This document shows positions 20,361 to 37,256 of a stretch of DNA of 40,031 nucleotides, piece after piece. Within the stretch, counting starts at the first letter, position 1. The number at the start of each line of letters is the position of its first letter. This stretch comes from Guillardia theta CCMP2712 (Eukaryota; Protista; Cryptophyta), in assembly GCF_000315625.1 (NCBI RefSeq), contig NW_005434414.1, forward strand, positions 1 through 40,031, written 5' to 3'. The translations under genes and the position numbers were made by a program. The notes beneath the pieces were generated by a model. It ran no database searches. It was not told the origin of the DNA and saw nothing but the letters and a program-made list of their open reading frames with translations.

Positions 20361-20630
20361 CAGTGCCATATAAGTTGAACGTGTCATTCAGTCACAGTGA
20401 AGGGAAGTTTGGGAACTTAGAGACGCCTGAGGCATCCCAAAACCCGGCTGAAAACGCAGCGCCATATAAGTTGAACGTGTCATTCAGTCACAGTGAAGGG
20501 AAGTTTGGGAACTTAGAGACGCCTGAGGCATCCCAAAACCCGGCTGAAAACGCAGCGCCATATAAGTTGAACGTGTCATTCAGTCACAGTGAAGGGAAGT
20601 TTGGGAACTTAGAGACGCCTGAGGCATCCC
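20361..20630. repeat. 96-bp tandem repeat, ~2.8 near-identical copies, intergenic
   Basis: gccatataagttgaacgtg starts at 20365, 20461 and 20557. Confidence 0.95.
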
Positions 20631-20659
20631 AGCAGAGGCCGGGAGGCTCCCGGACGGAC

Positions 20660-22959
20660 TTAGAGGGCTGAAGATCCGCGCTCATAGGAGGGGCAGTCAG
20701 CCTTGCATCGTTCCCAGGCAGTGTCAATGGCAGAGAGGACCTGGAAGGCGTCAGCTCTAAGACATTTGACCGCGAGTTTGACCTCCGGCGACAGAGCGTT
20801 CTTATCCTTGAGGGCCTTGAGGTTCGAGTCAAGCTGCTGCTCGCTGCTCGCCCCGATGATGATCGCGTCGCCATCCTGCGAGAAGAAGAGAAGGACAGTC
20901 AGGGAGTGAGAGTCAGGGAGTGAGAGTCAGGGAGCGAGAGTCAGGGAGCGAGAGTCAGGGAGGGAGAGTCAGGGAGGGAGAGTCAGGGAGGGAGAGTCAG
21001 GGAGGGAGAGTCAGGGAGGGAGAGACAGGGAGGGAGAGACTGGGAGGGGGAGTCAGGGAAGGTGAGTCAGGGAAGGTGAGTCAGGGCTAGACTAGAACAT
21101 GACTGGCAGCTGACAGCTCCTGCTCTGCTGCATGCGAGGGGGAGAGAGAGGAGGCATAGCAGGCAGCAAGTCGGGGCAGGTTTATCACCTGTAGCTTGGA
21201 GTGGTGCAGGAGCCATCGGAAAGCCGCGGAGACCATGCTGAAGTGATGAAAGCTCAGAGATGAAAGTTACAGTAAGACTCCGCAAACCTTGTCTGTTCTG
21301 CATCGCACGCCTTCTGAATGCTGAGATCACGTGTGTCAGCTTCCCATTGTGAAGCACAGCAAACGTGTTTTCACCTCTCTGCAGCATCGAAGAAAGAATC
21401 CTTCCAGAACCTGGGGGAAAGGTCAAAAATGACATCATGTGTAACAGTCACGTGATACGTCAAACATAGTCAGACATGACAATTACGTAGAATGTCATAT
21501 ACTTGAGTCGATTACAGTCGAATGTAACAGTCACATATGATTTCGAATGTAACATTCGCAAGTATCCAAGATGTCGTGGAGATCAGAGGCAAGAGTAACT
21601 GAGAAGGCAGATAATCGCATCATACACGACAGATGAATGTGATGCTGAGCAACAACAGGAAGATTTGATCGAAACATCTGAAATTCACCTGTCCTTGTAC
21701 ATCTTGTTGTTTTGAAATCGACCAGCCGACGGGTCTTCATTTCTCTGGTGTTTGCCCGACAGAATACCGCCAGCAAGCGGGTTGTAGCAATAGAAAGAAA
21801 TGCCAAGTTTCCTTCATCCCAGCTCTCAGACATCAGCAGCAGCGTGAACAAGATTTTCAACCTCAAGCAGGGCAGCAGCTCCCGTTCTACCTCTCTTGTC
21901 ACTGCATTGTACATCCCCTGATACACCTGATGAGACTGTGAGATACCAACACTCACTACATCTACATCACAGTCGGAGAGAGGTAGTTGTTCTTCGAGCA
22001 TATCTGATGGATGTAGCAAACTTCCCATGCCTTCGATGGCGCAGTGACACACAGAAACGATTGCAAAACAAGACTGAAATGAGTTTGCACCTGAAAGTTC
22101 GATAGCCCCAGTGCCTGTACAAGGTCAGACGAGAGGAAGTGTTAAACGTTTCTAGCCACCTTGATCTTCCCTTCTTTGTGCAGCTGGTTCACGGTAGCGA
22201 GTGTGTCTTCGATGCGCGTAGCTGGGACGAGGAGAGAGGCAAGTCAAGATAACAAGCGAGAAGGTGAGGAAGAGGAAGCGGGGCAAAGAGGGGGGGGCGT
22301 TTGACAAGATGGGGAAGTGGGGGTGAAAGGGGGTTAAACCAGTGTCAGGAGCATGCAGGTAGAAGAGGTCGATAGAATCTCGCTTCAAACTCTTGCAACT
22401 TGTTTCCACCTGAGCAACACGAGATCATGACAGAAATGTGACATCTCATAACAGAAACGTGACATCTCACCTTCTTTCGAAGCTCTTCCGGTGACAAGCC
22501 GCCATTGCCATTCATTGTCATCCCCTGCCACGGGCCTGCACCACCTGTCAACCCAGCAACACAAGCAGCGCAGCGCCTGACCGGCTTTGGTTGCGAGTAC
22601 CCCAAGTCGCTTGGCTCTATGAGAGGAATCAGACTAGAGGGAAGCTCGGATATCGCAGAACCTCTCAGTGTCGGGTCCCAGCAAAGCTCCAATCATCTCT
22701 TCTGTCTTCCCTCCCGCATACGTCAAGGCCGTGTCAACGTCCTGTACCGACTTGTCACCATGCCAGAGCTCGGGCCTTGCGAACCTTGTGTCCGGCATCG
22801 AAGAAAGCATCGAGCATCTTTCCCGCTACTTGGTTTTCAATCTTTGATGACGAATAACTCCAGCCGAATGTCATCGTTCCCAGGATAACCTAGAGCAACA
22901 TCAGCAAGGGCTGGGCACAGGCTGGCAGGCAGGCGATCTACCTGTATGTTTGTGCTCAT
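20660..22959 (-). CDS. aldo-keto reductase, AKR7 (aflatoxin B1 aldehyde reductase)-like, multi-exon
   Basis: VILGTMTFGW, VDTALTYAGGKTEE, IDLFYLHAPD, LGLSNF, YQGMYNAVTREVERELLPCLR, FYCYNPLAGGILSG, SAAFRWLLHHSKLQ, GDAIIIGASSEQQL and AWERCKADCPPYER. Confidence 0.92.
20896..21086. repeat. 13-14 bp intronic minisatellite (agtcagggagggag)
   Basis: About 14 degenerate copies inside the last AKR intron region. Confidence 0.9.
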
Positions 22960-23306
22960 GGCGCAGGAGACGGGAGAGGATGCTGGTCTCTTACGAAGCT
23001 GAGAGCGGAGGAAGCTGCTTGCGTGTGTCTGTGCTCGAACCTGCAGGTGCCGCACTGATCCCAGGCAGGCAGGGGGGAGCATGTGGTAGGGCAAAGGGGG
23101 GATCGCCTTTATATGTCCCCGGTACAAATTATTGAAAATTTTACTACCACACTTTAAATATTTTTCTTGAAATAAGTTTTAAGATGAGTGTGTTATGGTA
23201 CTGATATTATATATATCCATAGCAAACTTGTTTTATAAAGGACAGCACAAGAAGCTACCTGCCAAATAGGATGAATGTTGGGCAGCATATTTTTGCGACT
23301 CTAGGA

Positions 23307-26880
<3,574 letters not shown>

Positions 26881-27323
26881 GAAGAAGAAGAAGACCTCTC
26901 TGCAGCCTATTACGCAAACGCAATCAATCACATGGTAAAAGGTCTGTGTTTGTGATCTGACATTGACTTTCTTTTCATCAGTTTGCATTCTTGCAAACTC
27001 TGCTGCAAGAGCAAGAAGATAACTTGTTGGTGTTGGAGGATGATGTTGTTGTCTGTGAGTTGATAGGTGTAGATGTTCGATGATACCTGACAGGACGTGT
27101 TTGCAGCACCTCACATACAACACGATCATCAGCTGCATTCAATCCTGGAAGAAATATTTGAAGAGATGCCCCAGGTAACAGGCTTCGCATGACTCCGTGG
27201 ACTTGATGGGACTTGAATGATTACTAATCATCGTCATCATCAAAAACAACTTTGTTAACATCATCATCATCATCATCACCACCACCACCACCACCACCAC
27301 CACCACAACAACAACAACAACCA

Positions 27324-27693
27324 NNNNNNNNNNNNNNNNNNNNNNNNNNNNNNNNNNNNNNNNNNNNNNNNNNNNNNNNNNNNNNNNNNNNNNNNNNNNN
27401 NNNNNNNNNNNNNNNNNNNNNNNNNNNNNNNNNNNNNNNNNNNNNNNNNNNNNNNNNNNNNNNNNNNNNNNNNNNNNNNNNNNNNNNNNNNNNNNNNNNN
27501 NNNNNNNNNNNNNNNNNNNNNNNNNNNNNNNNNNNNNNNNNNNNNNNNNNNNNNNNNNNNNNNNNNNNNNNNNNNNNNNNNNNNNNNNNNNNNNNNNNNN
27601 NNNNNNNNNNNNNNNNNNNNNNNNNNNNNNNNNNNNNNNNNNNNNNNNNNNNNNNNNNNNNNNNNNNNNNNNNNNNNNNNNNNNNNNNNNNNN
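27324..27693. other. assembly gap (~370 N)
   Basis: N run flanked by a (cat)(cac)(caa) microsatellite and poly-C. Confidence 0.99.
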
Positions 27694-28343
27694 CCCCCCC
27701 CCCCCCCCCCCCTTCCCTCCCTCCTCCCTCCCCTCGAACGCCTCTCTGCAGGACTGATCGTCTGGCAGCTTCCTGCCTGGTGCAGCTTAGATTGGATGAT
27801 GCATGCGGCGAAATATGCTAACGTTGACGAGTCGAGTCAAACCAAGGTGAGAGAGAAGGAGGGAGGAGGTGCAGGAAGGTGGTGTAGCTCAAACAATCTG
27901 TAAAATTCTGCCAGGTGTACTTCATCGATCCTCCCGTATTTGTTGAAGGAAGTAAGATTGGGATGATGAAGACAACGATAGAAACGTGACGTGCTCTTTG
28001 AACTGACAATGTACATACTGTAAACTTGATAGAAACACAGAATCTTTTGTTTCAAGATGATGTAACTTTACATGTCGACTGGAGAAAGTTGCTGGAGGTC
28101 CTAAATCGTTGTCATCATCATCATCTTCGTCGTCGTCAATGACGTTGTCTCCATCATCATCATCATCATTATCATCATCATCATCATCATCATCATCACC
28201 TCAATCATCATCTCAATCATCACCCTCAGTCAAAACGTCCACGTATGACATTCATTGTCTTTGCAGTTCTCTTCATTCTTGTCTTATCATTGTAACTAGA
28301 CGCATGTTAAAATCTCGACGACAAGAATCCTCGTCCTTCATCT

Positions 28344-30081
28344 TCACATGACCGACTCCCTCGACGGATCTCGCACAGGATGAGGCGCCAGCGCTTCTTC
28401 GTAGTCCGGCCAGTAGCTGTCCTTGAGCCCCTTGTACCTGGACGAGCGTTGGATGCCGAGCGAGGAGAGGAGAGTAGATGAGGGGAGGGGAGGGGAGGGG
28501 AGGGGAGGGGAGCAGAGAAGAGGAGCGAAGAGGAGGAGATGGGTGCAGAGCGAGAGCGGAGAGCGGAGAGAGAGGAGAGCAAAGGAGGAGCGTGCGTACC
28601 ACTCGATGGTCTTGGTCAGCCCCTGGCTCCATTCCACCTACGAGGAGGTCAAACCAGACAAGCAGGAGCTGCTCACGTCACCTCCGGCCTCCACCCGAGA
28701 TTCTGCAGCCTGCAGGCCACAGTCAGTCACGTCACAGGGCGTAGAGTCCAGCACAGCCCCGACTGTCGCGTCTGGGGGATCGACATGGTCGCTTATGAGT
28801 TGTCACTTAACTTTGACACCTCACAAGACGAGGAGAACAACGAAAGGCACACAACATCAACATCAACATCAACATCAACATGTATCTCCATCGTTCAGCC
28901 TCCTTCCACATCTTCTCCTCCTCCTCCTCCTCCTCCTCCAAGCACAACAGCTCACTTGGTGTCGTTGATGGCATAGCGAAGATCGTTGATGTTACGATCG
29001 TGCACGTGCTCAACCAGCTGAGACAGCAGCAGGTCAGCGCAATACCGTCAAGATGACAAACAAGGGCAAACCTCTCCCTCAGATCCAGCTGGGCGGAGAC
29101 CCTGAGGCAAGATCAGGTCAGGAGGAGGACACAAGGGGAGGACTGACGGAAGGAGGGAGGAAAAGAAGGAGAGGAGAGGAAAGGGAGAGGAGGAGGAGGA
29201 GGGAGGAAAAGAAGGAGAGGAGAGGAGAGGGAGAGGAGGAGGGGAAGGGGAGGGGAAAAAGGAGAGGAGTGGAGAGGGAGAGGAGGAGGGGAAGGGGAGG
29301 GGAAAAAGGACAGGAGTGGAGAGGGAGAGGAGGAAAGGAAGGAGAGGGAAAAAAAAGGAGAGGAAGGAGAGGGGGAAAAAGGAGAGGAGTGGAGAGGGAA
29401 AAAAGGAGAGGAAGGAGAGGGGAAAAAGGGGAAAAAGGAAAAAAAGGAGAGCGAGGAATGAGAGGAGGAGGGGAAGGGGAGGGGAAAAAGGAAAAAAAGG
29501 AGAGCGAGGAATGAGAGGAGGAGGAGTAGGAAGCATACCAACTCGCGGATGAGCTGGTGAGCGAGCTCGATCATGGAGATCTCAAAAGGGGATCCGATGT
29601 TGTAGGCCTGCGGGGCAGCAGGCTGGTCAGCCTCCCTACTCACCGCATCCCCCCGGCTCCTCTCCTCACATGGAAGGGTTCTCCACGGTGGAGGATGACG
29701 TCGAAGGCGCGAACAACGTCGTCGACGTGGATGTAGCTCCTGCGAGCCTCGCCCTTGCCGTGGATGCAGCACTTCTTGCCTCGGAGCAGACGCAGGATGA
29801 ACTTGGGGATGACTTTCTCCGGGTACTGGGCGGGGCCGTACACGTTGTTTCCTCTCGTGATGATGACGGGGAGCTTGTAGGACTTCATGTATGCCTTGGT
29901 GATGAACTCAGCAGCAGCCTTGGAGCACGAGTAAGGGTTCGTGGGTTCCAACATGGCGTTCTCCTCCACTCCGTCTCCCAGAACGTCTCCGTAGACCTCG
30001 TCCGTTGAGACGTGGATGAACCTCTTGATCTGCCAGCATCGATCAGCAGCTGAAGTTAGGGCGGGGACTGCCAATGTGCCA

Positions 30082-30123
<42 letters not shown>

Positions 30124-30712
30124 AACAGGAAGGAGGGAATCAACTCAGAGAACATAGCAACGAGGCAGAAGCAAGCCCACGTACAAGTGCACATACAAGT
30201 ACATAATGAACATTCACAAACACTCAATTCCAACACTGACGGGGGAGTAGAAGCAGCACAACGAGAAGCAGAGACAGGAGGAAGCGAAGGAGGAAGCGGA
30301 GGAGCAGGAGGAGGAGGAGGAGGAGGAGAAGCAGGAGGAGGAGGAGGACCTCGAATCGACGAGCGCACTCTAAGAGGGTGTGCGTGCCAAGAACGTTCGT
30401 CTGAGTGTGAGCCAGGGGGTTACCGAAGGATGCGTCGACATGGCTCTGGGCGGCAAAATGCATGACGGTGTCGATCTTGTGGAACTCCATGAGATGTGAG
30501 ACGAGGTCGAAGTTGCAGACATCTCCGCGGCAGAACGCGTAGTTAGGAGCAGAGGAGACTTCGGAGATGTTGTTCACAGAAGCACATCTATCGAGCACAT
30601 CGAGGTTGACGAAGCGTACTTCTGGGTACTTCTTGACCAGTGCCTTCAACACGTGGCTGCCAATGAAGCCGCATCCTCCCGTGAACAGAACGCTCTTCGG
30701 CTTGTACTCCAT
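28344..30712 (-). CDS. dTDP/UDP-glucose 4,6-dehydratase (extended SDR; RmlB/TGDS/RHM N-domain-like), multi-exon
   Basis: TGGCGFIGS, HFAAQSHVDASF, HVSTDEVYG, PTNPYSCSKAAAE (YxxxK), TRGNNVYGPAQYPEKVIPKFI and YNIGS. Confidence 0.95.
29120..29525. repeat. long purine-rich intronic low-complexity tract with internal duplications
   Basis: About 400 bp of almost only G and A inside the dehydratase gene. Confidence 0.9.
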
Positions 30713-31229
30713 CCTGCAAAGCTTTCAACGCACTCAAGGAAGAACTACACTCCTCTCGTGCACGGTCTTCTCTCAAACAATTTTCTGACGTTTCCCCCTA
30801 CCACCGACCAGCCTTGCCCCTTACGTGTAGTCGGGTATACCCCTTATCATCCTGCTCTCTCTATCCTTCTGTAGCTTGCTTCACTCTCCTTGTATCCTAT
30901 CCTCCTCTTCTTTTCTCGCACATTGTTAGCCCTCATAAATCCTCGCGTTCAAAAGTCATCACCATAGTTTCCTTTTCCTCGCCTGCCTTGCCCTGGACCT
31001 CATATCTTCTTCCTCATCCTCTTGCTCTTCCTCTGCCCATGATCATCACTGCCATTCTCCTCCTCATTTTCTCCTTCCTCCCTCCTCCTTTCCTTCTTCC
31101 CTTCCTGTCTCGCTTCTTGCATGGTCACCCCAACTGCTTGCAAGAACCCATCGTCACCCTACCCCACATTTATTACCCCACACCCCCTCTAAATCAATAT
31201 ACTATCAGATTACCCATCAAAATACTATG

Positions 31230-32800
31230 AAAAACGCCGGTGAGAAATTGTAAATGAGTACCCCTACCTCATAGAAATATCACCCCACCGTACCGAATCA
31301 GCTCACCCTGACGGGCGAAGTCCTACTACCCCACCCTACCTTTTTCCACAATGTCGTTTGTGAACCCGTCCAATTCAAAGAAATCACCTGGGAATGTACC
31401 CACCTAAAGTACCCCTGATTTTGGTGACCCCCTCGTTTCCCACTTGGACGTGATCCTGCTGGGAGTACCTCTACCCCAAGTTTACCCTGCAAACTACCCC
31501 TCAACTTCCAACCACCTCAAATGATGTACCACTACCCCTCCATTTTCCAGAAAGTACCCCTACCCATCACACATGGATCGCTTTCGACTCTTGCCACCTC
31601 ATCTGGCAGACTACACCACCGACTACACACCCCACCTACTCAATTACCACCTCTTAATACGAAAAATAGGGGGTAGTCCATGCGCCCCCCGACTGAGCGG
31701 CTTCGGAAGTAGTCTCATCAGCTGCGATCGGACCGTCTTCATTTTCAAGTCATCAGTACGAGGACAATCAGGAGAGTCGACTGGAGCCCGCCGCCGGCTC
31801 GGAGAGTCAGACGGCCTGAAACCGAGCCTGAGGAGATAGACAGCCTCGGATCGGACAGCCTGACAGACAGACGGCTGAGCCTGTGACAGCCTCGGACAGA
31901 CAGACAGACAGACCGTCGGCCCGACAGACAGACCGTACGGTCCGATGACGGAATACAAGTTTGTTAGACTTGTACTAGTCCAAAGTCACGCAGACATCAC
32001 ATCGACCTTAGTTGTAACAAGACAGTTTTTGCTCAAGACCGACTCGCGAGTTTAATGCACACAAAACCAGAATTGAGGAGCACATGAGAGATAGACTGTA
32101 TGCTAGGATGTGAAACCCAAGCATCCAGACATGAGAGGACCTTACTGAGCAAGACGGCTAGGAAAGCCCCCTCGTAAGTCGTCTTGGTTTACAGGAGAGT
32201 TTTGTTAACTCGGCACTATCTGACTAGACAGACCGTACGGTCGGACGCCGCTGTGACAGCCTGGCAGACAGACAGACAGACAGAGAGCCTGGCAGAGCCT
32301 CTCCGAGAGAGATCGGACCGTCGGACAGCCTGCCCGGCTGAGCGGCCTAAGTTCGGTTCAGACAGAGAGACAGCCTGGGAGAGACGGCAGGAGACCGTGG
32401 CAGAGAGACAGAGACTGCCTGACGGTTGGGGTGGCTGAGGGCCTCGGAGCAAGCCGGGAGCAAGGGAGCAAGCCTTGAAGGGAGCAAGAGGCTTGCCAAG
32501 TTGCCATGACTCAGTGAAGGGACTGGAGCCGCACTCAGTCACTGAGGGAGCAGATGACTCGGCCCGGGGGCCGCCGGCGCCGGACCGTGGGCCGTACCGT
32601 GACGGCGGCGCGGCGCGCTGCCTACGGTCCTCAGCTTGTGACGGTCACAGGCGGCTGACCCGGCAGTGGCAGCCTCGGCCGGGTACCGGGCCCGGGGACT
32701 CAGGCTCGCAGTGACGCCCGGCCCCCGGTGGCCGGGCCGGGTTGGCCGGGCCGGGCCGGCCGCGGCGCCGCGGCCCCGCCGGGCCATGACATACACTCGG
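31230..32800. repeat. putative interspersed composite repeat: TACCCC-rich, GACAGA/GACAGCCT mosaic and CCGG-rich palindromic blocks
   Basis: Recurrent short words, no credible ORF, located between divergent genes. Confidence 0.45.
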
Positions 32801-33313
32801 AATATTTTAGTTAACTTGGGATGGTTGGTGCGAAGAGGCGACTGAGATGGCGACGTTGGAGGGAGGGAAGTAGAGGAGAGTAGGAGAGAATGTAGAGCGA
32901 ATGGCGCGACAAGAGTAGATGAGGAGATCAGGAGAGGGGAAGAGGGGAAGAGCGGGGAGGAAACAGAACATGGAACAGAGGAAGGGACAATGAAGAAGGA
33001 AAGGGAGATACAGGTTTGAGCGGGGGAGGATTAAGTGAAACGATGACGGGAGAGATGAGCGAGAACGATCACTTCCGTTGGGTATACAAACATTGTTGTC
33101 TCATGCTTGTACAGATCGAAACAGACCGTCCGATGTTCCACACACGTAAGTTCAGCAGTGCTTGACAGGTAGTCCCAACACAGCTGCTCCTTTGGTGTTG
33201 ATTGTGTATGCTCAGGAGCATCTACTTGTCGAATTTCCTTGGGGTTGTATCACCAAGTGATGTTGCATATCTTTGCACCCTCATGCACTAACAAGGCCAT
33301 TCAAGACCTCAAG

Positions 33314-36300
33314 ATGAAATATTGTTTTCTTCTCCTCTTAACGCTGCGTTTTGCTTCCAACGTGGCTGCTCAGGTTGTGTTGAGTTGCAAACAGTCAGCA
33401 AGAATTGATGGATGATGTCTACAGAGATTTGTGGACACGTCGTTCAAGGTGATCACCTCCAAAGGGAACTTGAGTACGCTCGGCACCCCCCAGGTTGGAA
33501 GTGAAACCTGACATGGGAATGCCGCTGACTTGATCGAAAGAACGGAACGTATTTTAACCGCACCTGCTCCATCTCATCCTCCGATACTCTTGACTGCTCG
33601 TTCCCTACCAATCCCCTACCTCCTCTTCTAAAAAGGGGTGAGGAGAGCAGCTGGGTTGTAGCTGGAAGTGACTTGGCATGGCAGGCGATTATGAATGCCC
33701 GCAATCTTCCATCTGTTTTGTGGTGGCCGCGTACGGTGCAAGCGGGATCAAGTTCTCATTATCGAACGAGCTGCTTCAACAGGTTCAGTTGCAGGTGTGC
33801 TGTGATGAGACACTCTACATTATCCGTGTGATAACTTCAACAGAATGTGCAAACACAAATACAACAGAAGCTTCCCGGGCAAGAGCCGAACCCTACTGAT
33901 GGAAATCTGATTATCTATGAGTTTGCGATCTTGTAAGCGCTTTGTTTTCCTGACTGTTTCATGATCTTTGGATTTGCTTGCAGCCCGCAGCAGCAATTCC
34001 TTCAACCGTACAACTTGAAAATATTCTTTGAAACCGTTCCGTTTAAAGAAAGGTGTCTGATCCAACAAACCGTTGCTTCTTGTGATTTCTTGATGTAGGA
34101 GATATGTCAATCTCTATTACGGCTCTCCTCCGTACAATATCCAGGTAATGGACAAGTGACAAGTGCGATGAATTTTACTATCATTGTTCAGTTTTCGCAA
34201 GTGACCGGCCCGTTCATACCGATCAGCAGCATGACAACTGCTCCATTTCAAAGCATTCAAGGTTTGTCATGGAGCAGTGGGTCCTTGAAGAGCTAATGCA
34301 TCCTTATTGTTTGCTGGCGACAGTCCGTATCCGCGTGTCTCACCACAGTTTCTACGACAACGTCACCATTGGGGGACCGGAGCAAATAAGTATGATCTCG
34401 TTCATTTCGGTTCTGGTTGACTTGTGTGGGTTTCTTTCTCCGTGGTATCGTTTCTCTCGTGGGCATGCATTGTTTCGTCAGGCGGCCAGGTTGGTCTCGA
34501 GCGAGCTTGCGTCTTGTGTCCTGACAGCATCTGCAGAGCGTGAGCTTGTACTTGAATGGAACATATGGGAATTTCTCGTGGCGGACGTCGACGATGTGCG
34601 TCGGTGGCATACAATCGGATGGAAAATGCCCTGATGGGGTAGAGCTATTGAGTCTCCCTGGACAACTTGCGCTCTGACCATGCTGATTAGCTTTGGGAAC
34701 GCCAATTTGCATTCAAGCCTCAGTTGTCAACCTACACTCTTGTAACCGAATCCTCTTGCGTGACGAGCTCGAGCTCATGTGCTCTACAGAGCTTCGGCCA
34801 GTCCAAGTTTCCTCAAGGGATATACTCGACATACCTTTCTCAAAGTCCCTTCAACGTTGCAACCTCGAAGGACTTCGTTGTGCAAGCAGATCTCAAGGTG
34901 AAGGGAGTGCGTGAAATCGGCTCTGTCTGACGCAGTTGGTAGTTATCAAGTTTCATTGACTCGATCCTTCAAAACAATGGTACACGATAGGGACTCTCAG
35001 CCCACGAGGGTCCGACTGTTTCCCTTGTATTGATCTTGCACAAAGATCCTCAGTTCAACGACGAGGTTCGACTAGCCTTTGTAAATTGCCCAATGAAGAC
35101 GGTACGTCTAAGTTTTTTTGCCTGCACGACCTTGCTGAAGCTGTCTCAGATGACGTTGTATGCTATTACTGCGGTGAGTTTGTTTTGGTAAGATGTGAAA
35201 TACCTGTTTGTATTGAGCACCTTTCGAAACAGGCCCTGAATGTGACTCAAACCTCCAACCCTGGAACAGTCTTTGTTGTTTCGTCTGTGAGAGCTTGACC
35301 TTCTGCAAGTGTGCGAGATTTTGAAAATCCTGCAGGTCGCAATAAAGGTTTCAGGGAAGTTAGTGGAAGGAGCCATAGCGGTTCCAACGTAGGGTGTGCC
35401 TGTACTGTGGGAAGTTTGTTCACTCCTTTTCAGGTTTCAAGCGAGGTACTCAGCAATGGATGCCAGCAACAAGTTTGACTCGGTAAAATTTGACGTGAAA
35501 TTATCTCTCATGAACTTACTCCCTTCACCCCACAGCCTCAGGTGCCTTGATCGCCTTCGACCCTCGTTAAATGTCTCGAACTGACAATGATCATAACAGT
35601 ACGGCAAAATGACGGTAGACTGGACACCGCGACAGGGGCAGGTAGACCGAGTGAAGTTGTGCAGTAGCAAACTGACGAGCGAATCGTTACAGGAAGGATA
35701 CACCTACAACTTCTGCTTCAATGTGACCCACCCAGTCACTCACTTTTCCAACATCAGGTCCCGACCGACCTCATGGCGTGCCGTTGGGCTGACTTGACCC
35801 GTCAGGTGTCTTGGTGTGAAGGTGGTGAGGTGCCAGTATTGTACGCTCCAGGCCGATACCCTCCTGGTGGGATTCACGCGTTTACTGGCACTGATCCCCA
35901 TCGACCGCTGACGAGAGTTCCCCACAGAAAGTAGCGACAAAGTTTCACACAAACTGGCTCCAGCTGTGGTCAGCAAACAGTGAGCCAGGTGAAGCCGTTG
36001 GAAACTCCCCCGACTTGTCGCTCACTGTCGTCTCAGTCTTCCCCATCGATTCGCCGAGCCAGTTCCCGTTGGACATCTCGAACCTCCAGCCACAGACTCG
36101 CATCACCTTGGGGCCGACGTACGTGACCAAGGTGAGCGAGCGAGCAGGAGGGCTGGGCTCCCCTTACGCTCCTATAGGTCTTCGATGACCTCCCTGGAAT
36201 TGCTGCGAGGTTTCAAACGACCGTCGACCGACTGCTTGAGGTGAAGCCTCCTCTTCAGCCATCTCCTCTCGATGAGCTGCGCTGCCCGTCACTACCACCA

Positions 36301-36596
36301 GCCCGCTCCTCCTCCTCTTCCTCCTCCCTCTTCCTCCTCCTGCCTTCCTCCCTCCCTTAGCTCTTCCTCCTCCTCCTCCTCCTCCTCCCTCCTCCTGTGC
36401 TCCTTCTCGTGTGAACTTCTTTCAGGTCAACCCAGACATCAATGCCAAGGTTCAAGCCCCCATGGATCGAGCTGGAGCTCCGATCCTGCCGTCCCTGTCG
36501 ATCGGGCAGGAGGTGTCGCTCTCGTTTCTTCCCCTTGCGCGTCTTACCTGCTTCCAGGTTTGCGTCATCCCACCGATTTGCCCCCAGCCGCCCTAG
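33314..36596 (+). CDS. secreted protein with two C-terminal LysM domains, multi-exon
   Basis: Signal peptide MKYCFLLLLTLRFASNVAA. C-terminal CQYCTLQADTL..KVATKFHTNWLQLWSAN and YVTK..DDLPGIAARFQTTVDRLLEVNPDINA..LSIGQEVCVIPPIC. Confidence 0.8.
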
Positions 36597-37256
36597 ACGG
36601 GAACTTCAACGGTTCCCTCCTCCCTCCTGTATAGATCGAGCAGCTTCTGTCTCGACGTAAGTTAAGTTAGCGACCCCCTTAGCATTCGCCCCTGACTAGC
36701 AGGGAACATCCTGTTACAATATTCATCCAACGAGTAGATCAGGCTCTGAAACCTGTTGTGTGCTGCCTTCGCTTATTTCCTCAATATGGATCGGAGCCTT
36801 GAGTTCGGGCCCGGGACGACTCGCCAGTCAACGTACTAGTACTGACTGAGTACTGACTCCAACTTAGCTTTGGGCAGATGGAGACTCCGACTCCGATCAT
36901 TCTGTCATCGCTGATCACGGCGCCGAGTCTGGGCAGCCGGGGTCCGGGCCCGGCGACCGGGCCCGGGGCAGGCGTGGCCGGCGGTCAATCATGCGGCTCT
37001 ACCCGGTGGGGCGAATGTAAGGGTTGACTTTTTTTTCGAATTTTTTGGGAGACGGTTGAAAATTTCATGGCGGGCTCTTGCTTGCGGCGAGCGATCAAGG
37101 GGAAGAGTGTGAGGGCGAGAAGGAACCAGCCGCTGCCTCCTCTTGCTCCTTGACCAGCCTGCCATCATCCTCTGTTGACCGATTCACATCCTCACTCCTT
37201 CCCTGGCTCCTCTTCGAGCTTCAGTCAGTGCCTGCTGTTGCTGTTGAGAAGGGAAC

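Noticed and set aside
20321-20671. 116-aa ORF with 32-aa repeats
   Set aside because: Arises from the 96-bp intergenic triplication; no other coding evidence.
26940-28100. Possible minus-strand exons around the second gap
   Set aside because: Could not assemble a consistent spliced frame or recognise a motif.
31962-32215. Solo LTR starting TGTTAG
   Set aside because: No matching terminal CA with a 4-6 bp target duplication was found.
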